From positions 1 to 37,439 of the IMG/VR virus record IMGVR_UViG_3300043036_000079: 37,439 bases of DNA; one strand, given 5' to 3'. Made by a program: the position numbers and the translations under genes. Source of the DNA: a virus (lineage: Duplodnaviria; Caudoviricetes). The notes under the pieces are model-generated. The model ran no database searches. It saw only the letters and a list, made by a program, of their open reading frames with translations, and was not told the DNA's origin. Every line of letters begins with the position of its first letter. Position 1 is the first letter of the stretch. This document shows, piece after piece, positions 14,971 through 24,659 of this stretch.

Positions 14971-16017
14971 TCATAACCCAGCCTTTTTGCGCTTGTACGT
15001 CAGGAAGTCAGCGCCTTCCCGCACATTCTCAAACACGCTGATCTCCGGCGCGTACCCGTTGTGGGGTGTGATGACCGTGACCACTGACTGCCCGCTGCGC
15101 TGTTCTGCAAACTGGCCCTTGAGCGCGTAGTCGTCGGACTCCTTGTAGCCCTTGGCACGCACCAGCGTGTAGCGTCGCCCGCCAGCAAACTCGCCCTGGC
15201 CGGTGCCGAACGTGTGCCGGTGGAACGCGGCGTAGATGTCGGCGTGTTCGTCGATCATCGCCGCCCGCTTCAGGCCGTGTAACTCGTTGTACATCGAGTG
15301 GCCCTTGAAGTCGTGCCGCGCCCAGACGCGGGTGATGCCGCCGCACGGCGAGACCAGTTGCAGCTTGGCGTCCCAATCGCGCATCAGGATGCGTTCGGTG
15401 TTCATGCCGTCGAAGATTCTTTTGCCGTAGTTCCAAGTGTCGTGGTTGCCCAGAATCCACACCAGCCAGTTGACGCCCAGATGCTTCAGCGCCCACTCGA
15501 CCAGTTCCCAGCCTTCTGACACCGTGGCGGATTGTTCGCCGTACAGGCGCTCCAACTTGCCCACCCAATTATTAATGCTATCCCCGCCGTTGGCGCCGTA
15601 CAGCCCTTGGGTTTCAGCGCAGATGGTGGCGTCACGCTCGAAGCCGACCAAGTCGCAATATGGATCGTCAAGGTGCGGATCGCCGAACCAGCAGATGGCG
15701 TATGGCCCTTTGATCGGTATACGCACGGTCTGCCAGGCTTGCGCCTGCGCGTGTGCAATCCGCAGCGCGTTGCGCTTCTTCATCAGCGCCAACCGCTCTG
15801 CGAACGGCAGATCAAACGGCGGCAGTGGGTCTGCCTTGGGTGTGTCGAACGATAGAACAGCGGCTGTCCGCGCCACATGACGGCGGCAGGCGTTTTGCAC
15901 AGCCGCCCGGCTCATCCCCAAGGCGAGGGCGGCCATGTTCTGGCTGCCATGCTCGACCGCAGCAGCCGCTATTTTAGCATCTTGTTCTGGGTTAACGTCG
16001 TACTGATTGACTGCCAT
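14971..16017 (-). CDS. Calcineurin-like metallophosphoesterase with N-terminal HTH
   Basis: GDPH, GGD, GNHD, RH, FHRH. N-terminal SQNMAALALGMSRAAVQ HTH. Confidence 0.8.
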   Translation of the reverse strand: MAVNQYDVNPEQDAKIAAAAVEHGSQNMAALALGMSRAAVQNACRRHVARTAAVLSFDTPKADPLPPFDLPFAERLALMKKRNALRIAHAQAQAWQTVRIPIKGPYAICWFGDPHLDDPYCDLVGFERDATICAETQGLYGANGGDSINNWVGKLERLYGEQSATVSEGWELVEWALKHLGVNWLVWILGNHDTWNYGKRIFDGMNTERILMRDWDAKLQLVSPCGGITRVWARHDFKGHSMYNELHGLKRAAMIDEHADIYAAFHRHTFGTGQGEFAGGRRYTLVRAKGYKESDDYALKGQFAEQRSGQSVVTVITPHNGYAPEISVFENVREGADFLTYKRKKAGL

Positions 16018-16053
16018 AAGTCACCCTCAGAGCAGTCTTTCAGACCGCGGTGG

Positions 16054-16221
16054 TTAGCCGATCTTCGTTACGATAGTGACCAGCAGCATGATGATCGTAC
16101 CAGCCACGCCCACGCCGATATTTTCCAAGCGTTTCAGCCGCGCGCTGATACCTTCATAGCGCAGAGCGCACACTTCCTCATGCGTGTTCAGCCGCGCTTC
16201 GGTCTGGTCGATGGTCGTCAC
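16054..16221 (-). CDS. Small coiled-coil plus TM protein (XhlA/holin-like, 55 aa, not in ORF track)
   Basis: MTTIDQTEARLNTHEEVCALRYEGISARLKRLENIGVGVAGTIIMLLVTIVTKIG*. GTG start with GAGG SD. Confidence 0.7.
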   Translation of the reverse strand: MTTIDQTEARLNTHEEVCALRYEGISARLKRLENIGVGVAGTIIMLLVTIVTKIG

Positions 16222-16240
16222 GTCAGCGCCTCACTGATTA

Positions 16241-17836
16241 TTAGCGTTGGTTGCGTTGCGCGCGGTCTTGCGCCATCACGTTCTGCTGCGCGACAGGCGA
16301 CAGAACGTAGAAGCCTGGGCCGCCGGGCTTCACGCCGCTGGCGCTGACCAGCGCGCGGTTCGCTTGGGTACGCGACATCTTGTTCGCAACGCCTCGCGCG
16401 GTAGCGCCAGCAGCTTGCGTTGCCAGCAGCCCCATTGCGGATTCCGGTGAGTACGACGCGCCGATTCCCACGAAAGGCAACTGCCCACCAAATACGCGGG
16501 CGCTGGGGGCCAAGCGCCCCAACTGCGCCAACACATTCTGCGTGACCGTGCCGTTGGCGACCTTTTTAATCAGTTCCTGCGTTGGCTTGTCAAACTTCGA
16601 CAGCTTGCGGTCGTTCTTGGCTATGCGGCCAAACTCGTCCCGCAACGCCCGCGAAAACGACTTCGTGCTGTCCGCTTGCTTTGATGTTCTGTTGGCGGCG
16701 TCAAAAGCGTTCTCCAGCGTCTCCGTCTGGTACGCCGTTGACCGGACGCCGCGGGCCTGCTTGAGAAACGCATCAGCAGCAGCAGCATCGCCCGACGTTG
16801 TCTGCGCCGGCGTCAGGTTACTCATAAAGTCGTCAATGACATCATCCAGCGCCTTGACCATACCGCGCTGTTCAGCGGTGCCGCTCTTGCCGCCCGCTTC
16901 GCTGTACGGAAGATCGCGGATTGAACGCCTGAACTTTTCCAGCATATCAAACGATATGGGTTTGCCGGCTTTTTTGGTGAACAGCCCCAACGCCTTGTTG
17001 ACCAGCGCGTCGGTGTCTGGGTCGTATTTTAAGCTCTGCAATTTTGAAAGCGCAGCGGATTCCAGATCGGCCATCGCGGTCGGCGCGACGTTGACGTTTG
17101 CGGCTTCCATCTGTTTGTACAGATCAGTAGACTTTCCTTTAAGTTGGGCCGCAGGAATGGCTTTGGCCTTCGGCGTAGCTGCCTTGAACCCTGCACCGCC
17201 ACCCGCCAGAGACAGACCCAGCAGCGCCGCCGGGTTCGTCACATCAAGGAAGTTCGACGCAATCGACGGTGCGCCCGCAGCGCCTGCACCCGCCGCAGCC
17301 TGACCGCGAATGTTCTGGCCCATAGCGCGCATGAAGTTCTTGGCTTGGGGTGATGTTGCTTTGCTGGCCAAAGTCTGGAAAGCTTTGGCTTGGCCGCCGC
17401 CCGACGCTGCACCGGACAGAACATCGCTAAACACCTGTTCGCCTGGCGTCTCCGGTGCGCGGGTTGCGCCGATGCTTTGGTATCCCTGCTGCATGGCTTC
17501 AGATGGCAGCGAGACGCGCTGGCCGCCAAACAGCGGCGCAGCAAGGTTGTAGGCGCTTGTGCCAAGATCACCGAGGCCCAAGGCCAGCACACCGCCCGCA
17601 GCACCTGGCACAGCGCCGACACCGGCGAAAGGCGCACCCGCCATCGCGCCCATGCCCGCGGCAGTCGCGTAGGGCAGCAGCGCGTTGGCGGCAACGCCGG
17701 CCACTTGCGTGGCTTTATCCATGCCCGTGCGCGAGGCTTTGGCGCGCGGCATCGCCTTTTCGACAACGCCCAGCCCAGCATACGGGTCTGCGTCCGCTTG
17801 GGCGCCTAGCCCTGCATAGGGGTCGTTTTGTTTCAT
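16241..17836 (-). CDS. Putative DNA ejection (internal virion) protein
   Basis: Ala/Gly-rich, hydrophobic segments, DPYAGLG repeats. Third gene of the ejection cluster. Confidence 0.65.
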   Translation of the reverse strand: MKQNDPYAGLGAQADADPYAGLGVVEKAMPRAKASRTGMDKATQVAGVAANALLPYATAAGMGAMAGAPFAGVGAVPGAAGGVLALGLGDLGTSAYNLAAPLFGGQRVSLPSEAMQQGYQSIGATRAPETPGEQVFSDVLSGAASGGGQAKAFQTLASKATSPQAKNFMRAMGQNIRGQAAAGAGAAGAPSIASNFLDVTNPAALLGLSLAGGGAGFKAATPKAKAIPAAQLKGKSTDLYKQMEAANVNVAPTAMADLESAALSKLQSLKYDPDTDALVNKALGLFTKKAGKPISFDMLEKFRRSIRDLPYSEAGGKSGTAEQRGMVKALDDVIDDFMSNLTPAQTTSGDAAAADAFLKQARGVRSTAYQTETLENAFDAANRTSKQADSTKSFSRALRDEFGRIAKNDRKLSKFDKPTQELIKKVANGTVTQNVLAQLGRLAPSARVFGGQLPFVGIGASYSPESAMGLLATQAAGATARGVANKMSRTQANRALVSASGVKPGGPGFYVLSPVAQQNVMAQDRAQRNQR

Positions 17837-19398
17837 GGCCGGATTAACTTCCTTCCGTCCGTGGTCATATAGACCGTGCCGCTTGGGCTAGAGCGCGCTT
17901 GTTCTGGCGTTAGAACTGGCACGGTAGGTGTCCGAGGGCCACCGCCGCCGGTGCCATACAGTTGCTCCAGCGTATCAAGCTGGCTGATGGCGCTTTCGTA
18001 ACCCTGCGTCGGATCGGTCAGCGCGTCCAACGTCAGTTGCAATTCGACGTTCGAGTTCATTTCCTGCGCGGACATACCGGCAGCGGTTTTGATTGCCGTG
18101 GCCAGCAGTTTACGCGCGCCGGTAATTTCGTTCAGCGACTTGTTGGCCGTGGTGCCGAGCGCGCGCTGGGCTTCACGCCCCAGCGAGGTCGTGGACATAT
18201 AATCAAACACGTTTGCAAATGCGCCGCGCTCCTCTGACGGAATTGATTTGGCTTTGTTCAGCGTTTCATACGCATTGCGAATTTTTTGCAGCAGCGTAGA
18301 CACCTGACGTTTGGCCGGCAACTTCTTGGCCTGTTCTGCTTTAAGCTCCGCAGCCTTATTAGCCGTAGTGGTAGCCGACGCGACCGCAGCCGCTTCAATA
18401 GGCGTCGGACGCCCTGCCGCTGCTTCTGCGCGAACGCGATCAAGAGGCACGCTGGCCGACCCAGGCATCGGCGACACCATCGGCGGTTTACCGCGCGCTG
18501 CTTGGCCAGTGGCCACATATGCGTTCGGATCAAATTGCACTTGCTGCGCCACCGGCGCACCGCCCTCAGGGCGGTAGACGGCGCTTTGCATACCGCCCGG
18601 CGCGACCTTGATGTTGTTCTGCGCGAGGAACGCATCAACGCGAGGGGCGGCTTGCGGGCCGCCTAACTGGCGAAGCTGTTCGACAACGTCGGCGCTGATC
18701 TGGCCTGTCTGCTTTGCTTCGTTCAGCGACGCCAACAGCGCGGCCTGCGGGTCTGCGCCTTGATCCGGCGAGAACGCCGCAGGGCGGAACATACCGCCGG
18801 CTGCGGGCGCAGGCGCGGCAGCAGGCGCCGCCGGCGCTGTCGGCGTCATTGCGGGCGTGGAAGGAGGCGCTGCACCGCCGGGGGCCAATTTATATTCTGG
18901 AATTTCAAACGCGCCAGGTTTGTCAAAACCGCCGGTGCGCGTAACCATGAAAGTTCCGTCGTCTTTCTGAACGACTTGCGTTTCCAGCGGGCCGTAGGTC
19001 GCCTTGAAATTGTCGCCGACGCTACCAACCATTTTAAGCAATTCGTTGCGGTCAAATCTTTCCGGCGGCAAATTGGCTCGAAAAGCCTCCGCAAACGCCG
19101 GCGAGTCCTTTTCCATGTCACGCAGCAAAAGTTCGTACCCAGCGGCGTTCATGGTCTGGCCGGCGCGTTTGGTGTAAAGATCAATCTTTTTACCGTCGTT
19201 GTCGATCTGCGCCTGCGTGATGTCGCGCTGTTCTTTTGCCCGCGCAATCTCCAGCGTCTGCTGCTGCGCCGCCGCCTGACGTTCAGCAGCGCGCTGTTGC
19301 GACATCATGTTGATCAACTGCGCGCCCTGCTGGATCGCAGGCGCCAAGAAGTTGCCTTGCGGTGCGCGGGCCTGAAGGGCGATTGCTTGGTTAGCCAT
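17833..19398 (-). CDS. Putative DNA ejection protein
   Basis: Gln/Ala-rich helical protein with a Pro/Ala linker, in the P22 gp20-like position. Confidence 0.65.
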   Translation of the reverse strand: MANQAIALQARAPQGNFLAPAIQQGAQLINMMSQQRAAERQAAAQQQTLEIARAKEQRDITQAQIDNDGKKIDLYTKRAGQTMNAAGYELLLRDMEKDSPAFAEAFRANLPPERFDRNELLKMVGSVGDNFKATYGPLETQVVQKDDGTFMVTRTGGFDKPGAFEIPEYKLAPGGAAPPSTPAMTPTAPAAPAAAPAPAAGGMFRPAAFSPDQGADPQAALLASLNEAKQTGQISADVVEQLRQLGGPQAAPRVDAFLAQNNIKVAPGGMQSAVYRPEGGAPVAQQVQFDPNAYVATGQAARGKPPMVSPMPGSASVPLDRVRAEAAAGRPTPIEAAAVASATTTANKAAELKAEQAKKLPAKRQVSTLLQKIRNAYETLNKAKSIPSEERGAFANVFDYMSTTSLGREAQRALGTTANKSLNEITGARKLLATAIKTAAGMSAQEMNSNVELQLTLDALTDPTQGYESAISQLDTLEQLYGTGGGGPRTPTVPVLTPEQARSSPSGTVYMTTDGRKLIRP

Positions 19399-19411
19399 TG
19401 TCCGTCCTCAG

Positions 19412-20227
19412 TTAGACGCCGCCAAATGCGGGCATATACGTGCGGGGTACATTAAGCCCCGGCGCAGCGTAAGGTTGAATAACCGAACCAACATTGCCGC
19501 CGCCGCCACTATCACCACCGCCGCCCAGCGAGTTAAAATAGTTCATCTGCGCGTTCATCAGCGGGTACGACGCCGCTGCCTGACCGATGCTACCCAACGC
19601 CCCACTAAGCGCGTTAGCCTGACCGACGTAACCAGACGCGCGGGCCGCGCCGGCGTTCATGATGTTGCCCTGTTCGTTCTGGCTCGACTGACCGACATTA
19701 CCCGTCATAACGTTGGTTGCTGACTGACCAGAACCCATCAACGACTGAAGCGGGTTCAGGCGCGCGTTGCGCTCTATCTGGTAGCGGTTGAAAGCGTTGC
19801 CGTACTCTTGGCTGGCCGATTCCTGCCCGAACCGCTGGATGCCCTTCAGCGTGGGGCCTGACTGCAATAAGCCACGGGCCGCCGCGCTGCGCTCCAGCGC
19901 CTTCATACCCTCCGCTTGGCGGAAGGCGTAGCCTGGGTCTTGCTGGAACTGCTCCATGCCAAACGGCTTGGCCAGACTGCCGTAGCCTTCCGCCGACGCA
20001 TCACCGCCAATTCCCAGCAGCTTCATGATCTCGTCTTGGGCGGTCAGACCACCTTGGCGGAACGGTTCTTGCAGCCCGATCTGGCGCTCCAGCATCCGTT
20101 CGTTGGCGGCCTGTGCGTCACGCGCCGCCTGCTCCTGCGCGCGGGCAGCCTTCTTGGCACCACCGCCGGCGATTGCGCCGCTACCGAGCGCGGCGGCTCC
20201 TGCGATAAGGGCAGAGGCAACAGCCAT
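19412..20227 (-). CDS. DNA ejection/pilot protein (P22 gp7-like)
   Basis: Gly/Ala N-terminus, DPGYAFR, AAARGLLQSG motifs. Confidence 0.75.
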   Translation of the reverse strand: MAVASALIAGAAALGSGAIAGGGAKKAARAQEQAARDAQAANERMLERQIGLQEPFRQGGLTAQDEIMKLLGIGGDASAEGYGSLAKPFGMEQFQQDPGYAFRQAEGMKALERSAAARGLLQSGPTLKGIQRFGQESASQEYGNAFNRYQIERNARLNPLQSLMGSGQSATNVMTGNVGQSSQNEQGNIMNAGAARASGYVGQANALSGALGSIGQAAASYPLMNAQMNYFNSLGGGGDSGGGGNVGSVIQPYAAPGLNVPRTYMPAFGGV

Positions 20228-20691
20228 TACACCAATCCTTTTATAAATGTGCGCTCCATCGGGCGGAAACCGGATCGAGCGTACATTTTTGCCATGCGTT
20301 CGACATTCACATCATGCAACGCTATCATAAATACCGCAACCGCGCCGTTTTCGACAGCCCAATTTTCAATGTGCTTGTACATACTCTGCGCCGCCCCGCT
20401 ACCACGGGACTTCGGCGCCAGCCACCACCACATCTCCTGCACGACAGAACTGCCAGGGCTGAAGTACATGGGGTACAGCGCCGCCCCGGCGATGCCGACA
20501 GGCACGCCATCGACTTCCGCCAGCAGCACCAAGAAATTGTCTTTGTCGATCAAGTTCGTCAAGAACGCCGCGGTGCCGTCCGGGTCAAACGGAATGATGC
20601 CACTCGCCGGCATGTTGGCGTGGAACGCCGCCGCCATCTCGACGTAAGCCGGAAGGTCTTCCTCGACCATAGGGCGGACTACGGTAGCCAT
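20227..20691 (-). CDS. GNAT-family acetyltransferase
   Basis: VRPMVEED...WWLAPKSRGSGAA...Y...GF acetyl-CoA-binding pattern. Confidence 0.8.
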   Translation of the reverse strand: MATVVRPMVEEDLPAYVEMAAAFHANMPASGIIPFDPDGTAAFLTNLIDKDNFLVLLAEVDGVPVGIAGAALYPMYFSPGSSVVQEMWWWLAPKSRGSGAAQSMYKHIENWAVENGAVAVFMIALHDVNVERMAKMYARSGFRPMERTFIKGLV

Positions 20692-21026
20692 TAGCTAATC
20701 TCACGTCCTGACGCGCGGATGTTGATCGTCAGCGGCGCGGACGCCAGCGTCGAGATGAACCCGTTCGAGTTCAGGATGTGGCCGACCAGTTCCGGGAACG
20801 TGTAGGTTTCGGACGGCTGAAGCGTCTTGGTCTTCACGATCAGGTTCTGCGTGCCAGAGGTGTCGGCTGCCGTCACTAGGTTGACGCTGATCGACGCCGC
20901 AGCGGCGCCGTAGTTGGTGGCCGTGAACTTGTCGATGATCGTCGTCACGTTGGTCGCAGTGTACTGCGTGGACTGCGTGTCTTCGGCGACCTTGGCCGGG
21001 ATCAGGGCTTTGGCGGTAACAGACAT
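20691..21026 (-). CDS. Putative virion structural protein
   Basis: Beta-rich 111 aa protein in the tail cluster. Confidence 0.6.
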   Translation of the reverse strand: MSVTAKALIPAKVAEDTQSTQYTATNVTTIIDKFTATNYGAAAASISVNLVTAADTSGTQNLIVKTKTLQPSETYTFPELVGHILNSNGFISTLASAPLTINIRASGREIS

Positions 21027-21035
21027 GGCCTATCC

Positions 21036-21461
21036 TTATACTGCTTCGGCGGCTAGTTCGATGTCCGCCGACGCCAAAATGGTGGTGGTGCCAACGCGCC
21101 GAATGCCGACATTGATCGTTGCGTACAGAAGGGTGGTGGTGCTGACCAACCAAGCACGCGTCGTTGACAGCGCCAGCCAAGTGTCGGTGGCCGAACTGCC
21201 GCCGCTCAACGACCCTGACACCAAGCTGGCGTACACTTCGTAGTTGGCCGCTTGGCCCGCGGGAACGCACCAAGCGTACAGCAGTGTGGCCCCGCCGCCG
21301 TTGACGATCTCAAACGCATTGCCGCTGCTGTTAAGCTGGTACTGCGCCGACGCGGTGCTACCAATGTTGATGCCCGTGATCGTTGCAGGGTTGACCGTGA
21401 TGGTCACGGCAGACGCCGCCCCACCCGAATTACCCAGCAAGGATAGCACCGCGCCGCTCAT
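21036..21461 (-). CDS. Putative tail-associated protein
   Basis: TGATG overlap with the upstream fibre gene. Ser/Thr/Gly-rich. Confidence 0.6.
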   Translation of the reverse strand: MSGAVLSLLGNSGGAASAVTITVNPATITGINIGSTASAQYQLNSSGNAFEIVNGGGATLLYAWCVPAGQAANYEVYASLVSGSLSGGSSATDTWLALSTTRAWLVSTTTLLYATINVGIRRVGTTTILASADIELAAEAV

Positions 21462-22315
21462 CAGGTCAGCCCCGCGCCAGTGATGGCCCACACGGTCGTG
21501 TCCACCTTGACGCACGTTGCCAGGCCGTAGTTGGCCAGCGCTCGGGTGCCGGTGTTGGTCGTGCCAGCCTGCCGCAGCGTGTCGGTCGTGATGCCGATAT
21601 TCTGGCTGCTGCCGCTGTTGTTGTAGATGACAACCGTCGCGCCAATCGGAAACGCCGCTGCGCTGTTGGCCGGGATCGTGATGCCACCGGTGGTGATCGA
21701 GATGTGCTTGCCGTTGTCGGTCAGCGCCAGTTGATAGGCCGCCGTCTGGGCGTTCTGCGGTGCGCCGCGGTAGCCGATGCTGGTCGCGCCAATCGTGCCA
21801 GCATCTACAAGCGCCACGTCCTGCCGCAGCGACACGATGTCAGCGTTGACCCCAGACGCTGCCGCACCCAAGGCGGTGCGGGCGGCGGCAGCCGTGGTTG
21901 ATCCAGTGCCGCCGTTGACTACGGCAACGACGCCGGTGACGTTGGATGCAGTGCCAGTGGTGTTGCCGCTGAACGTCACGCCCGATCCAATGGTGCCGCC
22001 GGTGATAGCCACGGCGTTGGCGTTCTGAAACGCCAGCGACCCAATGGTGGTGATGTTGTCCACCGTCCAGATCAAAGCGTCAGCCGAATCCGTCAGCACA
22101 ACCTTGTAGGAGGCGCCGGTGGCGTACCAGATGTTTGCCTCGCCGCGAGAGTCCAAGATCACCGGGTTGGTGTTTAACGCAATGCCGGCGCCGGTCGTGT
22201 AGGTCGCCAGCGGCGTGGTCGTGCCGGCGGCGTAGGTGTAGACCTTGCCGCCGACCAACGGCGCACCAGAGGCGTCCAGAAACTGCGCTTTGGGTGAGGG
22301 GGAAAGGACGGCCAT
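21461..22315 (-). CDS. Tail fibre-like protein with P22 head-binding-like N-terminus
   Basis: QFLDASGAPLVGGKVYTYAAGTTTP...NPVILDSRG, and GGTGSTTAAAARTALG fibre motif. Confidence 0.75.
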   Translation of the reverse strand: MAVLSPSPKAQFLDASGAPLVGGKVYTYAAGTTTPLATYTTGAGIALNTNPVILDSRGEANIWYATGASYKVVLTDSADALIWTVDNITTIGSLAFQNANAVAITGGTIGSGVTFSGNTTGTASNVTGVVAVVNGGTGSTTAAAARTALGAAASGVNADIVSLRQDVALVDAGTIGATSIGYRGAPQNAQTAAYQLALTDNGKHISITTGGITIPANSAAAFPIGATVVIYNNSGSSQNIGITTDTLRQAGTTNTGTRALANYGLATCVKVDTTVWAITGAGLT

Positions 22316-23037
22316 TAGTAGCTCCCATCTGAGCTTATGTTGTTGGTCACGGTAAGCGCGACCGAAGGAACGGACGGGTAGAACCCAGAGGCGGCAAATG
22401 TCTGCAACTGAACACCCGTGCTGTCAGCCGCCCACATCAGTTCAAAATAATCGCCGGGGTTCATCTCTAGCAAAAAAGTCTTCGTAACGACAGCCGCAAA
22501 ATCAAGAACCTTGGTTCGCACCTGGCTGGTGCTGGCGGTCACGTCCGTGCCGTTCTTGCGGAGCCACACCCACAGCAGTTGGTCTGTCAACGCGGTGGTG
22601 TTGACCTGAACGGAAAACTGGATGTTGTAGGTGGCCAGCGTGTCGGCGTAGACGCGCGACGTCGGCGTTCCCAACGTAATGCCTTCGCTTGTCCGCGTGG
22701 TGTTGAACGTCATTGCGTAGGCGGTGTTGATAGCTGCCGCCGTCTGCGTGGTGGTGTCGTAGAACGATCCGTAGCGGCGGCGCGGCAATTGCGGCGTGTA
22801 TGGTGGCGACACGGACAGGTTTTGTATTTCGGTCTGCAAGACCGCCGCCAGCGACGTAGCATCAGCATCAGGGCCGATCTGCAAGTCTTGCAGCGTAAAG
22901 TCGTTCTGGCCGTTGCCGGTCAGTCGGAACAGGCTTTCAAAAAACCGAAACCACTCACGGCTGACCAACCCTGTGTTCGGGTCAACCATCGGCACACGCG
23001 GCGGCGTGATGTTGGTGATGTTGACGGCGTTAGGCAT
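22315..23037 (-). CDS. Putative tail protein (C1q/BclA-like C-terminal domain)
   Basis: PPRVP...REWFRFF N-terminus and beta-rich C-terminus. Follows the gp10-like gene. Confidence 0.6.
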   Translation of the reverse strand: MPNAVNITNITPPRVPMVDPNTGLVSREWFRFFESLFRLTGNGQNDFTLQDLQIGPDADATSLAAVLQTEIQNLSVSPPYTPQLPRRRYGSFYDTTTQTAAAINTAYAMTFNTTRTSEGITLGTPTSRVYADTLATYNIQFSVQVNTTALTDQLLWVWLRKNGTDVTASTSQVRTKVLDFAAVVTKTFLLEMNPGDYFELMWAADSTGVQLQTFAASGFYPSVPSVALTVTNNISSDGSY

Positions 23038-24658
23038 TGGTGCCGCTTATCATCAGTTCGGCATCGATGATGACCATCTTGACCGGGTCGGTGCCTGACA
23101 ACTCATACACGCGGTCGCGCAATTTCATCGTCATGCCTAGGCGGCGCCAGATGGCGCGCTGGCCGTATTCGCCGATCCTGCCGATAGATCTCCAATGCTC
23201 GTTTGACCATGTGTGGCCGCCGTCGTCCGACCAGCGCAGCATGACCTCTGGATCAGCGCCCTGCACTGTCAGCGGCGCGACTTCAATGTAGTCGCCCGAC
23301 TCCGTGATGAGGAAGTCGCCGACTGAACTAGCGGTGAAGGCGGCGTACGTCTGGTCGGTGAAGTCTAAATCAAGAGTCACTTCATTTTGCGGTAATGGCG
23401 CGTTGCTACTTTCGGTCAGCAGCAAACCAAAGAAAGGATCGGACGGGTCAAGGCCCGACAGACCCACACCAGACTCAAACATGATCTGGAGGCTGTGCTG
23501 CGCGGTGCGCTTTAGGTTGTTCTGGCCGGTCGGCAACGCCCGCCACGACCGCAGCCACTTCTGCGGCGTGCCGTTGTCGGCGTAAGTCGTCAGGTCGAAG
23601 GTGTAGATGTTGGCGTTCAGGTGATCGCCGATGACGATGTTGCCAAGGAAGTTGCACTGGTTGTTGCCGCGGTGACGCGAGAACACGCCTTGGTTGAAAT
23701 AGGCCCGCTCATGCCAAGCCCCGGTGGCGACATCCAGCACCCACGTCGTGTTGCCAGAAGGGAAGTTCAAAACGTAGAAGGCGTGGCCGTCCTGCTGGTA
23801 GGTGTAAGCCACCGCGTCGGACATATTGCTGTACTGCTGAATTTGCCACTCGACCGCGTGCGTGGACACGCGCTGGCCGACGTAGCCGTTTGCCCGGTAG
23901 ACGATACCCTGACCGCGCGCGTCAGCGCCCAGCCAGAACACGCCGTTGTCCACCTTGGCGATAGAGTAGGGCGCGACGCAGCCGATCTCGTTGAACGCGC
24001 CTTGGATGCGGGCCAGCGGAAAGTCTGCCGTGCCGGCGTTGTACCAGACTTCGGCGCTGTCCGTGCCGAACACCCACACTTCGCGGTGGTCAACGATCAG
24101 GCCGACGATGCCGTCTGGCGATCCTTCGGCGCTGACGAAATCCAGCGGGTCGATCTGCGTGCCATCCCGCAAGCTGGAGACGTACAGCCGCTGGCTGTTG
24201 GGCGGGTTGAACACGAAGTAGCCGTCGAGATACCCGACCGTCACCGCGCCGGGGAAGTCAGGGTCGGTGACTTGCACAAACGTGTTGGTTGATTCGGTGT
24301 AGACGAAGGCGTCTGGGTTGCACGCGAAGACGATCTGGTCGCCGTTGTCGGCGATGGACACCGGCCCGGTGCCATTGACTGTCCCAAGTAGCGTTGGCGT
24401 GCCGGTCAGCGAGGACAGTTTGTAGACCTCGTTGCCTGACACAACGTAGAAGTTTGCGCCTTGCGTCTGGTGCGCCCACAGCCCCCGGATCGGCCCGGTG
24501 CCAACGGTCTGCTGTAGCTTCAGCCCAGGCGCGCGGTTAAGGAACGCAGGCATCTGCCCACCCTCTGGCACAACCTCTGGAAAGAGGTTGACCATGCGCG
24601 CGTCCGCAGCGTTGATGCTGCGGGCGACATAGCTTGAGCCAAGGATGGGCGACTTCAT
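23030..24658 (-). CDS. Tail hub / DNA stabilisation protein (P22 gp10-like)
   Basis: SAEGSPD, EVWYNAG, GHAFYVLNFP, WHER, LRWSDDGGHTWS, WRRLG. Confidence 0.88.
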   Translation of the reverse strand: MKSPILGSSYVARSINAADARMVNLFPEVVPEGGQMPAFLNRAPGLKLQQTVGTGPIRGLWAHQTQGANFYVVSGNEVYKLSSLTGTPTLLGTVNGTGPVSIADNGDQIVFACNPDAFVYTESTNTFVQVTDPDFPGAVTVGYLDGYFVFNPPNSQRLYVSSLRDGTQIDPLDFVSAEGSPDGIVGLIVDHREVWVFGTDSAEVWYNAGTADFPLARIQGAFNEIGCVAPYSIAKVDNGVFWLGADARGQGIVYRANGYVGQRVSTHAVEWQIQQYSNMSDAVAYTYQQDGHAFYVLNFPSGNTTWVLDVATGAWHERAYFNQGVFSRHRGNNQCNFLGNIVIGDHLNANIYTFDLTTYADNGTPQKWLRSWRALPTGQNNLKRTAQHSLQIMFESGVGLSGLDPSDPFFGLLLTESSNAPLPQNEVTLDLDFTDQTYAAFTASSVGDFLITESGDYIEVAPLTVQGADPEVMLRWSDDGGHTWSNEHWRSIGRIGEYGQRAIWRRLGMTMKLRDRVYELSGTDPVKMVIIDAELMISGTNA

Positions 24659-24659
24659 C

